From the NCBI GenBank assembly GCA_902776935.1, contig CACYRS010000008.1, forward strand, positions 19,253 to 83,252: a stretch of DNA of 64,000 nucleotides, read 5' to 3'. The position numbers were made by a program, and so were the translations under genes. Below the pieces are notes generated by a model. It was not told where the DNA came from. It saw only the letters and a list, made by a program, of their open reading frames with translations, and searched no databases. Of this stretch, positions 40,040 to 50,663 are shown in pieces. Numbering within the stretch: the stretch's first letter is position 1; each line of letters begins with the position of its first letter. The stretch comes from an uncultured Prevotellaceae bacterium (lineage in GTDB: Bacteria > Bacteroidota > Bacteroidia > Bacteroidales > Bacteroidaceae).

Positions 40040-42505
40040 ATGGCAAAAAAGAAGAACGAAAAGCGGTCAAAGAGCGCATCGAGTTTCAGCGAAGCGCTAG
40101 GTCTGAAGAATATCTTCGACAACGAGATTTTATGGATCTTTGTCGGATTCCTTATCATCGCAATGGCGGTATATATGACAATCGCATTCATATCATATCT
40201 CACCACAGGAACAGCCGATCAGACGATGATAGAGTCACCACGCGAAGGAGAGCTGATGGATACAAGTGTCACGTTTGCCAACACATGCGGGAAATTAGGA
40301 GCGTACATGTCGTGGTACTTTTTGAAGCGATGCTTTGGACTGACATCATTCCTTATACCCGCATTCCTCATTCTCCTTGGAGTGCATCTCATTAAGGCTT
40401 ACAGGGTAAACTTGCTGAAGTGGTTCTTTTCGATGATGATAGTAATGATATGGGGGTCAGTTACATTGGCAAAGTTCCTGTCGCCACTATTTATCGATGC
40501 ATGCTACAATCCCGGAGGCGATCACGGCATATTCATCTGTCAGTGGATAGAGAACCTTGTAGGTGCACCCGGCCTGACAATCCTGCTCGCGCTCACAGCA
40601 CTCGGATTCCTTACATGGATAAGTGCAGAGACTATATATTTCGTGCGTAGAATACTGAATCCATCAAAGATTTTTAATACTGTAAAATTCCATGTGACAA
40701 CAGGCAGGGGCGATTCTGACGATAACATCGACGAGCAGATACAGCCCGACGAGGAAGAGCTGGTATACGACGACCCTGCAACACAGATTGTGGAGTTTCA
40801 CGACGACGGCAAGGCTGTAGTCATCGACGAGGGATATAAAACCGATGAAACCGCAGAAACCGTAAAACCTGCCCAACCGGCTGGTGCCGATAACAAAGAC
40901 CTCGACATGGAGGTAGAGCTTGCCGAAGGCGATAACGAGACTGCCGATGAAAACATTGTGGCCCCGGCACTCGAAGACCTCGAGCCTTACGACCCCAAGC
41001 GCGACCTGGAGAACTACAAATACCCCACCCTCGACCTGCTGAAGAAATACGAGAACGACGGCAAGCCGTATATCGATATGGCAGAGCAGAACGCCAACAA
41101 GAACCGTATCGTCGACGTGCTCCGTACCTTCGGAGTGGAGATAAGCAGCATCAAGGCCACCGTAGGTCCTACCATCACGCTGTATGAGATAACCCTCGCT
41201 CCTGGTGTTCGTATCACAAAGATCCGTTCGCTGGAAGACGATATCGCCCTGTCGCTATCAGCTCTCGGCATACGTATCATTGCTCCTATGCCTGGCAAGG
41301 GTACTGTAGGTATTGAGGTGCCTAACGCCAAACCATCGATTGTGTCGATGGAATCGATACTTAACTCGAAGAAGTTCCAGGAGAGTCAGATGGAGCTGCC
41401 TTGCGCAGTTGGTAAGACCATTACCAACGAGGTGTTTATGTTCGACCTCGCAAAGGCTCCTCACCTGCTCGTGGCCGGTGCTACGGGTCAGGGTAAGTCT
41501 GTTGGTCTGAATGCCATCGTCACCTCTTTATTATATAAGAAGCACCCGGCAGAGATGAAGATAGTGCTCGTAGACCCGAAGAAGGTAGAGTTCTCGATCT
41601 ATAATCCGCTTATCAATCACTTCCTTGCAAAGGTGCCAGATGAGGATGCCGATCCAATCATAACAGATGTTACGAAGGTGGTTCGCACACTTAACTCACT
41701 CTGTAAGCTGATGGACACCCGTTATGACCTGCTTAAGGAGGTTGGCGCGAGAAACATAAAGGAGTATAACAAGAAGTTTATCGAACGTCGTATACCACCA
41801 CGTGGAGGTCACGGATATATGCCATATATCGTGGTTATCATCGATGAGTTCGGCGATCTGATCATGACAGCCGGTAAGGAGATAGAGTTGCCGATAGCAC
41901 GTATCGCACAGCTGGCACGTGCCGTAGGTATACACATGGTCATCGCAACACAGAGACCTACCACAACCATCATCACAGGTAACATCAAGGCCAACTTCCC
42001 TGCACGTATCGCCTTCAAGGTGTCGGCAGGTATCGACTCGAAAACCATTCTGGACCGTACAGGAGCCCAGCAGTTGATAGGTCGCGGAGACATGCTCTTC
42101 CTCAATGGTGCAGAGCCTGTTCGTGTGCAGTGCGCATTCGTAGACACTCCTGAGGTGGAGCGCATCAATAACTTCATCTCAGACCAGCAGAGCTATAACA
42201 TGCCATTCGAACTGCCTGAGCCTGACACCCCAGAAGCAGACTTCGGCGACGGAGGCGACAAGGATGTGGATATGCAGCATCTTGACCCTCTGTTTGATGA
42301 CGCAGCAAGACTGATAGTACTGAACCAGAGCGGTTCGACATCGCTGATACAGCGTAAGTTTGCCATCGGCTATAACCGTGCAGGACGACTGATGGACCAG
42401 TTGGAGAAGGCCGGAGTGGTAGGTGCCGCTATGGGTAGTAAACCTCGTGAGGTGATGATTCAAGACGAGAACAGTCTGAACAACTTATTGGCAAATCTAA
42501 GATAA
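40040..42505 (+). CDS. ftsK: DNA translocase FtsK
   Basis: N-terminal TMs, AGATGQGKS, IIDEFGDL, ATQRP, gamma domain IGYNRAGR. Confidence 0.97.
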   Translation: MAKKKNEKRSKSASSFSEALGLKNIFDNEILWIFVGFLIIAMAVYMTIAFISYLTTGTADQTMIESPREGELMDTSVTFANTCGKLGAYMSWYFLKRCFGLTSFLIPAFLILLGVHLIKAYRVNLLKWFFSMMIVMIWGSVTLAKFLSPLFIDACYNPGGDHGIFICQWIENLVGAPGLTILLALTALGFLTWISAETIYFVRRILNPSKIFNTVKFHVTTGRGDSDDNIDEQIQPDEEELVYDDPATQIVEFHDDGKAVVIDEGYKTDETAETVKPAQPAGADNKDLDMEVELAEGDNETADENIVAPALEDLEPYDPKRDLENYKYPTLDLLKKYENDGKPYIDMAEQNANKNRIVDVLRTFGVEISSIKATVGPTITLYEITLAPGVRITKIRSLEDDIALSLSALGIRIIAPMPGKGTVGIEVPNAKPSIVSMESILNSKKFQESQMELPCAVGKTITNEVFMFDLAKAPHLLVAGATGQGKSVGLNAIVTSLLYKKHPAEMKIVLVDPKKVEFSIYNPLINHFLAKVPDEDADPIITDVTKVVRTLNSLCKLMDTRYDLLKEVGARNIKEYNKKFIERRIPPRGGHGYMPYIVVIIDEFGDLIMTAGKEIELPIARIAQLARAVGIHMVIATQRPTTTIITGNIKANFPARIAFKVSAGIDSKTILDRTGAQQLIGRGDMLFLNGAEPVRVQCAFVDTPEVERINNFISDQQSYNMPFELPEPDTPEADFGDGGDKDVDMQHLDPLFDDAARLIVLNQSGSTSLIQRKFAIGYNRAGRLMDQLEKAGVVGAAMGSKPREVMIQDENSLNNLLANLR

Positions 42506-42522
42506 TAACAAAACTGGGAATA

Positions 42523-43137
42523 ATGAAAAGAATACTCTTTATTAGTTTATCATTTATCATTTATACATTATCATTTAATACCTCTGCTCACGCAGAGAGT
42601 GCCAAGAGTATTCTCGACAAGGCAGCGGCTACGGTAAGCAATACATCGGGAGTACAGGCGCAGTTTCAGATGATCAGTAAGCAGTTCGGCTCTACATCGG
42701 GCACGATATCAATCAAAGGAACAAAGTTTCATGCCTCTACCCCTCATGCCATAATATGGTTTGACGGCAAGACACAGTGGACATATCTAAAACAGAACGA
42801 CGAGGTAAACGTAAGCAATCCCTCAGAGGCTGAGCTACAGGCACTTAACCCATATAACTTCATCAATATCTACAAGAAGGGATATAAGCTGTCGTCGAAG
42901 AATGTGGGTTCATCATACGAGGTACACCTGAAGTCTACCGACAATAAACGCAAGCTCCAGGAGATGTATATCATCGTGGATCAGAAGAGCTATCACCCCA
43001 CACATGTTAAGATGATGCAGAACGGCAAGTGGAGCGTGGTGCTTATCAGCGGACTGAAGTCGACGGCTCTCAGCGATGACATGTTCCAGTTTAATGCCAA
43101 AGATTTCCCCAAGGCCGAAGTGATAGACCTGAGATAA
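42523..43137 (+). CDS. LolA-like outer membrane lipoprotein chaperone
   Basis: WFDGKTQWTY...NEV; ends AEVIDLR; follows ftsK. Confidence 0.85.
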   Translation: MKRILFISLSFIIYTLSFNTSAHAESAKSILDKAAATVSNTSGVQAQFQMISKQFGSTSGTISIKGTKFHASTPHAIIWFDGKTQWTYLKQNDEVNVSNPSEAELQALNPYNFINIYKKGYKLSSKNVGSSYEVHLKSTDNKRKLQEMYIIVDQKSYHPTHVKMMQNGKWSVVLISGLKSTALSDDMFQFNAKDFPKAEVIDLR

Positions 43138-43146
43138 AAGAGAATC

Positions 43147-44628
43147 ATGAATAAAATACAACTTTTCAAGCTGCTGCGCAAGAACATAAAGCTGAGCGAT
43201 AAGCGCAGTCCTATCTTCGAACAGAACAAGTGGGCCAAGGGCATTGCCTATTTCATGGCCGCACTATTCGTGTTCTACCTATTATTATATGGAATAATCA
43301 TCGGAATGTCAGCCGACGGAGAGCCTGGTGTCATGATTACGGCGATGATCGGCATCCTGCCAATAGACTTCCTCCTGAGGTTTATCTTCCAGCAGACACC
43401 AGCCATGCAGGCAAAACCGTATATCTTGCTGCCGATATCGAAATACTCGGTGATAGAGTGTTTCCTCTGTTCATCGCACGTGAGCGGATACAATTTCCTC
43501 TGGCTGGGAATGTTCATACCATTCTCAATCCTAGTGCTCTGTGCTGGTGCATGCTTCTGGACTACCTTGATGATACTGGTGGTATGCGTACTGCTGATGA
43601 TGCTCAACAGTCAGATATACCTGTTCTTCCGCACACTCGTAAACCGTAACGTTCTGTGGATACTTCCGGCTCTGGTGCTTTATGCCATCCCGTATATCCC
43701 CACGATACTCGTTCCGAAGGAGAAGACTTTCGAGCATACCCTCGATTTCATCGGCAAATTCAATACCTCATGGTGGCTACTGCCGTTGGTGATTCTGCTC
43801 ATCGCAGGAGTATTCATGGTAAACAGGAAGCTGCAGTTCAAATATGTATACGAGGAAATATCGAAGAAGAAGGAGAAGGAGCTGAAGAAGGTTTCTAAGT
43901 TCACCTTCCTTGAGCGTTTCGGCATCATTGGAGAGTATCTAAAGCTTGAGCTTAAGTCGAACCTGAGAAACAAAGCCATGAAGCAGCGCTGCATCATGAG
44001 TCTCTGTCTTGTGGTGGTATTCTCCGCACTCATAGCCTATACCGACATCTACGACAATCCGATGATGACCAACTTCTGGTGTCTCTACTGCTTCGCCATC
44101 TTCGGAATGACATCGCTGATAAAGATCATGGGACAGGAAGGCAACTATATCGACCTGCTGATGACTCAGCGAGAGAACATACTGGCGCTGCTTAAGGCAA
44201 AGTACTGGTTCTATACCGTGATACTCATCGTGCCCTTCATCGTGATGCTGCCAGCTGTGTTTACAGGAAAGTTCACGATACTGATGCTCTTTGCATATAT
44301 GTTGCTGATGGCCGGATTCCTACATTTCATAATATTCCAGCTGGCGATATACAACAAACAGACCCTACCCCTTCAGCAGAAGGTGACGGGAAAAGGCAAT
44401 CTGGAGAACGGTCAGCAGTTAGTCATCGAGCTCTTCGCCCTCTTTGGTCCCGGCATCATCATAGGTGTAGGTTATCTGATAGCAGGAATGACGGCCACAT
44501 ATATCTTCATGTGTGTGCTGGGTCTGATATTCATGGCCACCAGTCATCTTTGGCTTAGAAACATCTACAACCGAATGATGAAACGCAGGTACGAAAACAT
44601 CGAAGGATTCCGTGATACACGAGTATAA
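43147..44628 (+). CDS. multi-pass membrane protein (DUF5687-like, ABC-permease-like)
   Basis: About 12 TMs; KPYILLPI and GEYLKLELKS..RNK motifs recalled for this family. Confidence 0.65.
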   Translation: MNKIQLFKLLRKNIKLSDKRSPIFEQNKWAKGIAYFMAALFVFYLLLYGIIIGMSADGEPGVMITAMIGILPIDFLLRFIFQQTPAMQAKPYILLPISKYSVIECFLCSSHVSGYNFLWLGMFIPFSILVLCAGACFWTTLMILVVCVLLMMLNSQIYLFFRTLVNRNVLWILPALVLYAIPYIPTILVPKEKTFEHTLDFIGKFNTSWWLLPLVILLIAGVFMVNRKLQFKYVYEEISKKKEKELKKVSKFTFLERFGIIGEYLKLELKSNLRNKAMKQRCIMSLCLVVVFSALIAYTDIYDNPMMTNFWCLYCFAIFGMTSLIKIMGQEGNYIDLLMTQRENILALLKAKYWFYTVILIVPFIVMLPAVFTGKFTILMLFAYMLLMAGFLHFIIFQLAIYNKQTLPLQQKVTGKGNLENGQQLVIELFALFGPGIIIGVGYLIAGMTATYIFMCVLGLIFMATSHLWLRNIYNRMMKRRYENIEGFRDTRV

Positions 44629-44702
44629 AATCAGGAAAAGGTCCCTCAAAAGGGGCTTTTTTCGATAAAATATACTTTTTTTGAAAGAAAATCGCGAAAA
44701 AA

Positions 44703-44734
44703 TTTGGTAGAATGAAGAAAAGTGAGTACCTTTG
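44703..44734 (+). promoter_or_regulatory. -33/-7 promoter of the tRNA cluster
   Basis: TTTG-N20-TACCTTTG. Confidence 0.75.
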
Positions 44735-44755
44735 CACCCGCTAAAGAAAAAGGAT

Positions 44756-44828
44756 GCACCCGTAGCTCAGTTGGTAGAGCACCTGACTCTTAATCAGGGT
44801 GTCCAGGGTTCGAGCCCCTGCGGGTGTA
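44756..44828 (+). tRNA. tRNA-Lys(CTT)
   Basis: Anticodon arm CCTGA-CTCTTAA-TCAGG; T-loop TTCGAGC. Confidence 0.96.
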
Positions 44829-44870
44829 CAAGAAGGAGGAAAGCGGTCCTCCTTATTTTTTGAAAAGCAT

Positions 44871-44943
44871 GCACCCGTAGCTCAGTTGGTAGAGCACCTG
44901 ACTCTTAATCAGGGTGTCCAGGGTTCGAGCCCCTGCGGGTGTA
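44871..44943 (+). tRNA. tRNA-Lys(CTT), second identical copy
   Basis: Identical to 44756-44828. Confidence 0.96.
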
Positions 44944-44970
44944 CTTCAAAAAAACTCTTTTTGAAAGGTT

Positions 44971-45043
<73 letters not shown>

Positions 45044-45071
45044 CTCTCAAAATATAAGGAATACAGAATCT

Positions 45072-45142
45072 GCGGAATTAGCACATCGGTAGTGCACGGG
45101 CTTCCCAAGCCTGGGAGGCGGGTTCGATTCCCGTATTCCGCT
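45072..45142 (+). tRNA. tRNA-Gly(CCC)
   Basis: GCGGAAT/ATTCCGC acceptor stem; CGGGC-TTCCCAA-GCCTG. Confidence 0.94.
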
Positions 45143-45153
45143 CACAGAATACA

Positions 45154-45188
45154 AAAGGTCTGCTCATCGGCAGACCTTTATTTTTTTA
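45154..45188. terminator. bidirectional terminator (tRNA cluster / DUF5715)
   Basis: AAAGGTCTGC-TCATCG-GCAGACCTTT followed by a T run. Confidence 0.8.
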
Positions 45189-45917
45189 TCTTACTGTCAT
45201 GTGAAAACAGCCTTGCTTCACCTCGTACTTGATATAACAGCGTCCCTGTTCACGCATATCGCGAAGCACTTCTGAGAGCACCCATTTAAGGGTGTCGTTA
45301 CGCACAGTCCTACGGGCAGGACCATCAGGGTCTTCAACTGTCTCATAACGATTGTAACAGATATCAAAGGTAGTGCCATATAGATGACACGAATTCTCTG
45401 TGGCATTACCATTGCGACGACGCAGCTTCACCACATCCTCCTGAGAACGCAGAACACTTGTTACGATGATTCGATGAAGAGGCACACCCTTGACATAAAG
45501 GCTATCGAAGAATGTCACTCCGATGTCCTGTAGAAGTGCAGCTGCATGAGGCACCAGGTAAGGAATGCTGGAATAGAGCTTGTCGACGTGATAGTAGGGA
45601 TTAGAACCCACATACACCAGCTCGCGCTTACGAGCTTCAGCATCCTCACGGTTCTTCACAGGAGACACTCCCCACTTCTGAGCTGCAGAGAGCTGTACGG
45701 CATTGGTATCAGGAAAACTCTCCTTATAAGAAGCCACAGAACGGATCTTATGAGGTTTGTCGATACTGGGGAGCGTCACATTGACCTCCGCATCATTAGA
45801 TTCTCCGGATGTAGCAGTATCTGATTCTGCAACAGAAGGAAAAGTCCAACGTAGGCAAGCCAGAAACAATACTACGGCAGTAAAGACTGCAAGATATCTG
45901 TTTTTTGTAAGTTTCAT
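45186..45917 (-). CDS. DUF5715-like exported protein, peptidase M15-like
   Basis: N-terminal anchor; TSVLR...SCHLYGTTFDI...CFH motifs. Confidence 0.7.
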   Translation of the reverse strand: MKLTKNRYLAVFTAVVLFLACLRWTFPSVAESDTATSGESNDAEVNVTLPSIDKPHKIRSVASYKESFPDTNAVQLSAAQKWGVSPVKNREDAEARKRELVYVGSNPYYHVDKLYSSIPYLVPHAAALLQDIGVTFFDSLYVKGVPLHRIIVTSVLRSQEDVVKLRRRNGNATENSCHLYGTTFDICYNRYETVEDPDGPARRTVRNDTLKWVLSEVLRDMREQGRCYIKYEVKQGCFHMTVR

Positions 45918-46027
45918 CTAAAAATTTCTTGTATTGCGGTGCAAAGATAACAAATTTTTCCCCAAAACATGCGTTATCTGTGGCTTTTTTTGTAATTTTG
46001 CACGCAAAATAATTATATGTATACAAA

Positions 46028-46990
46028 TTGATAGAGAAGCATATCGTATTAGAGGACATTGACCCCGTAATGTTCTATGGAGTAGGCAATGGACATCTTC
46101 AGATGATCCGCTCGTTATATCCTAAGCTAAGGATTATGGCGAGAGACAATGTTGTGCGAGTGCTGGGCGATGAAGAACAGATGGCAGCCTTCGAGGAGAG
46201 CATCGAGAAAATCAGAACCCATATCCTGCGTTTCAACTCCCTGACAGATGAAGATATCCTCGACATCATCAAAGGCAGGAAGAACAATGACTATGTGCCT
46301 GCCGATGTGGTATGCTACTCTATGTCAGGACGTCCTATCAAGGCCCGTACAGGAAATCAGCAGAAACTGATAGAAGCCTATGAGAAGAGCGATATGGTAT
46401 TCGCTGTAGGCCCTGCAGGAACAGGAAAAACATACTTGAGTATCGCCCTTGCCGTGAAGGCTCTGAAGGAGAAGACAGCAAAGAAAGTGATACTATCACG
46501 TCCAGCTGTAGAGGCTGGTGAGAAATTAGGATTCCTGCCTGGCGACATGAAAGACAAGATCGATCCTTACCTACAGCCACTCTACGACGCCTTGGAAGAC
46601 ATGCTGCCACAGGTGAAGCTGCAGGATATGATGGAGAAGCATATCATTCAGATAGCCCCACTCGCCTTTATGCGAGGCAGAACCCTCAGCGATGCAGTAG
46701 TGATACTCGATGAAGCACAGAACACTACCCCAGCCCAGATACGAATGTTTCTCACACGTATGGGATGGAACACGAAGATGATCATTACAGGCGACATGAC
46801 ACAGATAGACCTGCCCCACTCCCAAAAGAGTGGACTCATCGAGGCACTACATATATTAAATAATGTGGAAGGTATAGGAGTGGTCAATCTCGACCGTTCA
46901 GATATCGTGCGGCATAAGCTGGTGACACGTATCGTTAATGCCTACGAGGCATTCGATAAAGAGATTAAAGGTGAAATCATAAAAAAGTAA
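46028..46990 (+). CDS. PhoH-family ATPase
   Basis: [34 protein letters not shown]. Confidence 0.95.
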   Translation: MIEKHIVLEDIDPVMFYGVGNGHLQMIRSLYPKLRIMARDNVVRVLGDEEQMAAFEESIEKIRTHILRFNSLTDEDILDIIKGRKNNDYVPADVVCYSMSGRPIKARTGNQQKLIEAYEKSDMVFAVGPAGTGKTYLSIALAVKALKEKTAKKVILSRPAVEAGEKLGFLPGDMKDKIDPYLQPLYDALEDMLPQVKLQDMMEKHIIQIAPLAFMRGRTLSDAVVILDEAQNTTPAQIRMFLTRMGWNTKMIITGDMTQIDLPHSQKSGLIEALHILNNVEGIGVVNLDRSDIVRHKLVTRIVNAYEAFDKEIKGEIIKK

Positions 46991-47009
46991 AAAGGTAAAA
47001 ATAATAAAG

Positions 47010-47966
47010 ATGAAAGCATTAACTAAGACAGACTTTAAGTTTGAAGGACTGAAGAGCGTTTATCACGGAAAAGTACGTGACGTTTACAACATCAACGACA
47101 ACCTGATGGTGATGGTTGCCACAGACCGTATCTCAGCATTCGACGTAGTGCTGCCAAAGGGAATCCCATTCAAAGGACAGGTTCTCAACCAGATTGCAGC
47201 AAAGTTCCTCGATGCAACGGCAGACATCTGTCCTAACTGGAAACTCGCCACACCAGACCCTATGGTAACAATCGGTCTGAAGTGCGAAGGATTCCGTGTT
47301 GAGATGATTATCCGCAGTATCCTTACAGGTAGTGCATGGAGAGAATATAAGAATGGGTGTCGTGAACTCTGCGGAGTGAAGCTCCCCGACGGTATGCGCG
47401 AGAACGAGCGATTCCCAGAGCCTATCATCACTCCTACCACTAAGGCTGATGAGGGTCACGACATGAATATCTCAAAGGAAGAGATTATCGCTCAGGGACT
47501 CGTTTCCAAGGAAGACTACGAGATTATGGAGAACTACACACGTAAGATCTTCAGGCGTGGTCAGGAGATAGCTGCAAAACGCGGACTTATCCTCGTAGAC
47601 ACAAAATATGAGTTTGGAAAGCGTGACGGGAAGGTATATCTCATCGATGAAATCCACACCCCAGACTCAAGCCGCTATTTCTATGCAGACGGCTATGAGG
47701 AGAAGTTTGCCAAGGGGGAGCCTCAGAGACAGCTCTCAAAAGAGTTTGTACGTCAATGGCTTATCGAACATAACTTCATGAATGAACCAGGACAAACAAT
47801 GCCAGATATCACAGACGAATATACAGAAAGTGTTTCTGAGAGATATATCGAACTCTATGAGCATATCGTTGGTGAACGTTTTGAGCGTGTGACAAGTGAT
47901 GAAGACATTACTAAGAGAATTGAAAAAAACGTATCTGAATGGCTTAAAACATATAAGAGCAAATAA
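47010..47966 (+). CDS. purC: SAICAR synthetase
   Basis: [32 protein letters not shown]. Confidence 0.97.
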   Translation: MKALTKTDFKFEGLKSVYHGKVRDVYNINDNLMVMVATDRISAFDVVLPKGIPFKGQVLNQIAAKFLDATADICPNWKLATPDPMVTIGLKCEGFRVEMIIRSILTGSAWREYKNGCRELCGVKLPDGMRENERFPEPIITPTTKADEGHDMNISKEEIIAQGLVSKEDYEIMENYTRKIFRRGQEIAAKRGLILVDTKYEFGKRDGKVYLIDEIHTPDSSRYFYADGYEEKFAKGEPQRQLSKEFVRQWLIEHNFMNEPGQTMPDITDEYTESVSERYIELYEHIVGERFERVTSDEDITKRIEKNVSEWLKTYKSK

Positions 47967-47971
47967 AAGAT

Positions 47972-48706
47972 ATGTACCAGCAGGAGGCAATCAAGCCTTA
48001 TAACGAGAAGGCTGAGAAAGGACAGCAGGTGGAGCAGATGTTCGACAACATTGCTCCTACCTACGACAAGCTGAACCATCGTCTCTCATGGGATATCGAT
48101 AAAGGCTGGAGGGAGAAAGCCATAAGGTATCTAAAACGCTTTAATCCCCAGACAATACTCGACATCGCCACTGGCACAGGCGACTTTGCCATCCTAGCTG
48201 CAGAGATGCTGCATCCGAAGGAACTCGTGGGAGCAGACATAAGCGAAGGAATGATGGAGATTGGAAGGAAGAAGGTTAAGGAGAAAGGACTGCAAGATAT
48301 TATATCTTTTGAGAATGAAGATTGTCTGAAGTTATCCTACCCCAACAATTCCTTCGATGCAGTGACGGCTGCATTCGGAATACGCAACTTCGCTAGTCTC
48401 GACAAAGGACTGAAGGAAATGTGCCGTGTGCTGAAGCCTGGAGGACATCTGAGTATCGTGGAACTGACCACACCAATATGTTTCCCTATGCGTCAGCTCT
48501 TTCATATTTACTCACACTCAGTGCTGCCCGTCTACGGACGACTTATCTCCAAAGACACTAACGCTTACTCTTATCTCACAAAGACTATCGAGGCATTTCC
48601 ACAAGGAGAACAAATGATAGAAATACTGCATGATGCGGGGTTTAGCAAAGCAACATTCAAACGTCTCTCATTCGGAATATGTACAATGTATATGGCAACA
48701 AAATAA
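47972..48706 (+). CDS. menG: demethylmenaquinone methyltransferase MenG/UbiE
   Basis: [34 protein letters not shown]. Confidence 0.93.
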   Translation: MYQQEAIKPYNEKAEKGQQVEQMFDNIAPTYDKLNHRLSWDIDKGWREKAIRYLKRFNPQTILDIATGTGDFAILAAEMLHPKELVGADISEGMMEIGRKKVKEKGLQDIISFENEDCLKLSYPNNSFDAVTAAFGIRNFASLDKGLKEMCRVLKPGGHLSIVELTTPICFPMRQLFHIYSHSVLPVYGRLISKDTNAYSYLTKTIEAFPQGEQMIEILHDAGFSKATFKRLSFGICTMYMATK

Positions 48707-48718
48707 ACTTTTACTCAT

Positions 48719-49471
48719 ATGGATAAGTACGGACTGATAGGTTACCCACTCGGACATTCGTTTTCAATAAGCTACTTCAATCAGAAGTTTGCTGACGAAG
48801 GCATAAATGCCAAGTATTTTAATTTCGAGATTCCATCCATCGACGAATTACCGGAAGTTATAGCAAAACATCCAGAACTAAGAGGGCTGAATGTCACCAT
48901 ACCTTATAAGGAAAAAGTTATGGACTTCCTTGACAGCATCAGTCCTGAGGCAAGAGCCATTGGTGCAGTAAATGTGATAAGAGTAACCCATGAAGGAAAC
49001 AAGACGATACTTAAAGGGTTTAACAGCGATGTTATCGGTTTTACACAGAGTATAGAACCCATGCTCGATAAGAAATGGCATAAAAAAGCCCTTATCCTTG
49101 GTACAGGTGGTGCATCGAAAGCTATCAACTATGGGCTGAAGGCACTAGGATTGGAATCTGTATTCGTAAGTCGCTATGAACGTCCAGGAACAATACAATA
49201 CGACAAAATCACCCCTGAAGTGATAAAGGAATATAACGTTATTGTTAACTGTACACCACTCGGAATGTATCCGCATAGTGATGAATGTCCAGATCTTCCA
49301 TATGAGGCAATGGATAATCATACTATACTATATGACCTTATATACAACCCAGACCAGACTCTTTTTATGAGACGCGGAGCTGAGTTTGGCGCAGATGTAA
49401 AAAACGGTATTGAAATGTTGCTCTTGCAAGCATTTGCATCATGGGAGTTTTGGAACGGAAAGGAGAAATAA
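48719..49471 (+). CDS. aroE: shikimate dehydrogenase
   Basis: LIGYPLGHSFS, NVTIPYK, GAVN, GTGGA, DLIYNP. Confidence 0.93.
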   Translation: MDKYGLIGYPLGHSFSISYFNQKFADEGINAKYFNFEIPSIDELPEVIAKHPELRGLNVTIPYKEKVMDFLDSISPEARAIGAVNVIRVTHEGNKTILKGFNSDVIGFTQSIEPMLDKKWHKKALILGTGGASKAINYGLKALGLESVFVSRYERPGTIQYDKITPEVIKEYNVIVNCTPLGMYPHSDECPDLPYEAMDNHTILYDLIYNPDQTLFMRRGAEFGADVKNGIEMLLLQAFASWEFWNGKEK

Positions 49472-49495
49472 GCCTTATAAAATAGTTTTTTTGAT

Positions 49496-50662
49496 ATGAT
49501 AGACAACAGATATATGATGCGTGGCGTGAGTGCAGCAAAAGAGGATGTACACGCCGCAATAAAGAACATCGACAAGGGAATATTCCCACAAGCTTTCTGT
49601 AAGATCATCCCAGACATCCTTGGAGGTGATCCAGAGTATTGTAATATCATGCATGCCGATGGAGCTGGCACAAAGTCAAGTCTCGCCTATATGTACTGGA
49701 AAGAGACTAACGATCTCTCTGTATGGAAAGGAATAGCCCAGGATGCTATCGTAATGAATACAGACGACTTGCTTTGTGTAGGTGCTGTAGACAACATTCT
49801 GGTCTCCTCAACCATCGGACGCAATAAGATGCTTGTGCCAGGAGAGGTTATCTCTGCAATCATCAACGGCACAGACGAACTGCTGGCAGAGCTCAGAGAG
49901 ATGGGCATCGGTATTTATCCTACTGGTGGAGAGACAGCAGACGTTGGTGATCTCGTAAGAACAATCATCGTCGATTCCACCGTTACATGCCGTATGCGAA
50001 GATCCGATGTTATCGACAATGCCAATATCCATCCTGGCGATGTAATCGTAGGGCTATCAAGCACAGGACAAGCGACATACGAAAAGCGTTATAACGGAGG
50101 AATGGGATCTAACGGACTTACATCTGCCCGTCATGATGTATTCGCTAAATATCTGGCAGAGAATTATCCTGAAAGCTACGACCACGCAGTACCTGAGGAA
50201 TTGGTATATAGCGGAAAATATAAGTTGACGGATGCAGTAGAGGGCTCTCCTGTGGATGCAGGACAGTTGGTGCTCTCTCCTACACGTACATATGCTCCTG
50301 TCATCAGGAAGCTTCTTGACGAACTGCGCCCAGAGATTCATGGTATGGTGCATTGTACTGGTGGTGCTCAGACAAAGGTGCTGCACTTCGTTAGCGACAA
50401 TTGCAAAGTAGTCAAGGATAAAATGTTCCCTGTTCCTCCACTCTTCCGAGCTATACACGAGTGCTCAGACACAGACTGGCGCGAGATGTACCAGGTATTC
50501 AATATGGGTCATCGTATGGAGATATACGTTCGTCCTGAGGTGGCAGAGAAGGTTATAGCTATCTCTAAGAGCTTCAATATCGATGCCCAGATTGTAGGTC
50601 ATATTGAAGAAGGCCAGAAGAGTCTGACCATCAAATCTGAATTTGGAACATTTGAATATTAA
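49496..50662 (+). CDS. purM: AIR synthase (Bacteroidetes-type PurM)
   Basis: HADGAGTKS, GGETADVG, GSNGLT, VHCTGG, FNMG. Confidence 0.9.
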   Translation: MIDNRYMMRGVSAAKEDVHAAIKNIDKGIFPQAFCKIIPDILGGDPEYCNIMHADGAGTKSSLAYMYWKETNDLSVWKGIAQDAIVMNTDDLLCVGAVDNILVSSTIGRNKMLVPGEVISAIINGTDELLAELREMGIGIYPTGGETADVGDLVRTIIVDSTVTCRMRRSDVIDNANIHPGDVIVGLSSTGQATYEKRYNGGMGSNGLTSARHDVFAKYLAENYPESYDHAVPEELVYSGKYKLTDAVEGSPVDAGQLVLSPTRTYAPVIRKLLDELRPEIHGMVHCTGGAQTKVLHFVSDNCKVVKDKMFPVPPLFRAIHECSDTDWREMYQVFNMGHRMEIYVRPEVAEKVIAISKSFNIDAQIVGHIEEGQKSLTIKSEFGTFEY

Positions 50663-50663
50663 T

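Noticed and set aside
44756-44943. 73 bp direct repeat that could be taken for att sites or a CRISPR-like unit
   Set aside because: Both copies are complete tRNA-Lys(CTT) genes separated by a 42 nt hairpin spacer; no integrase or cargo.
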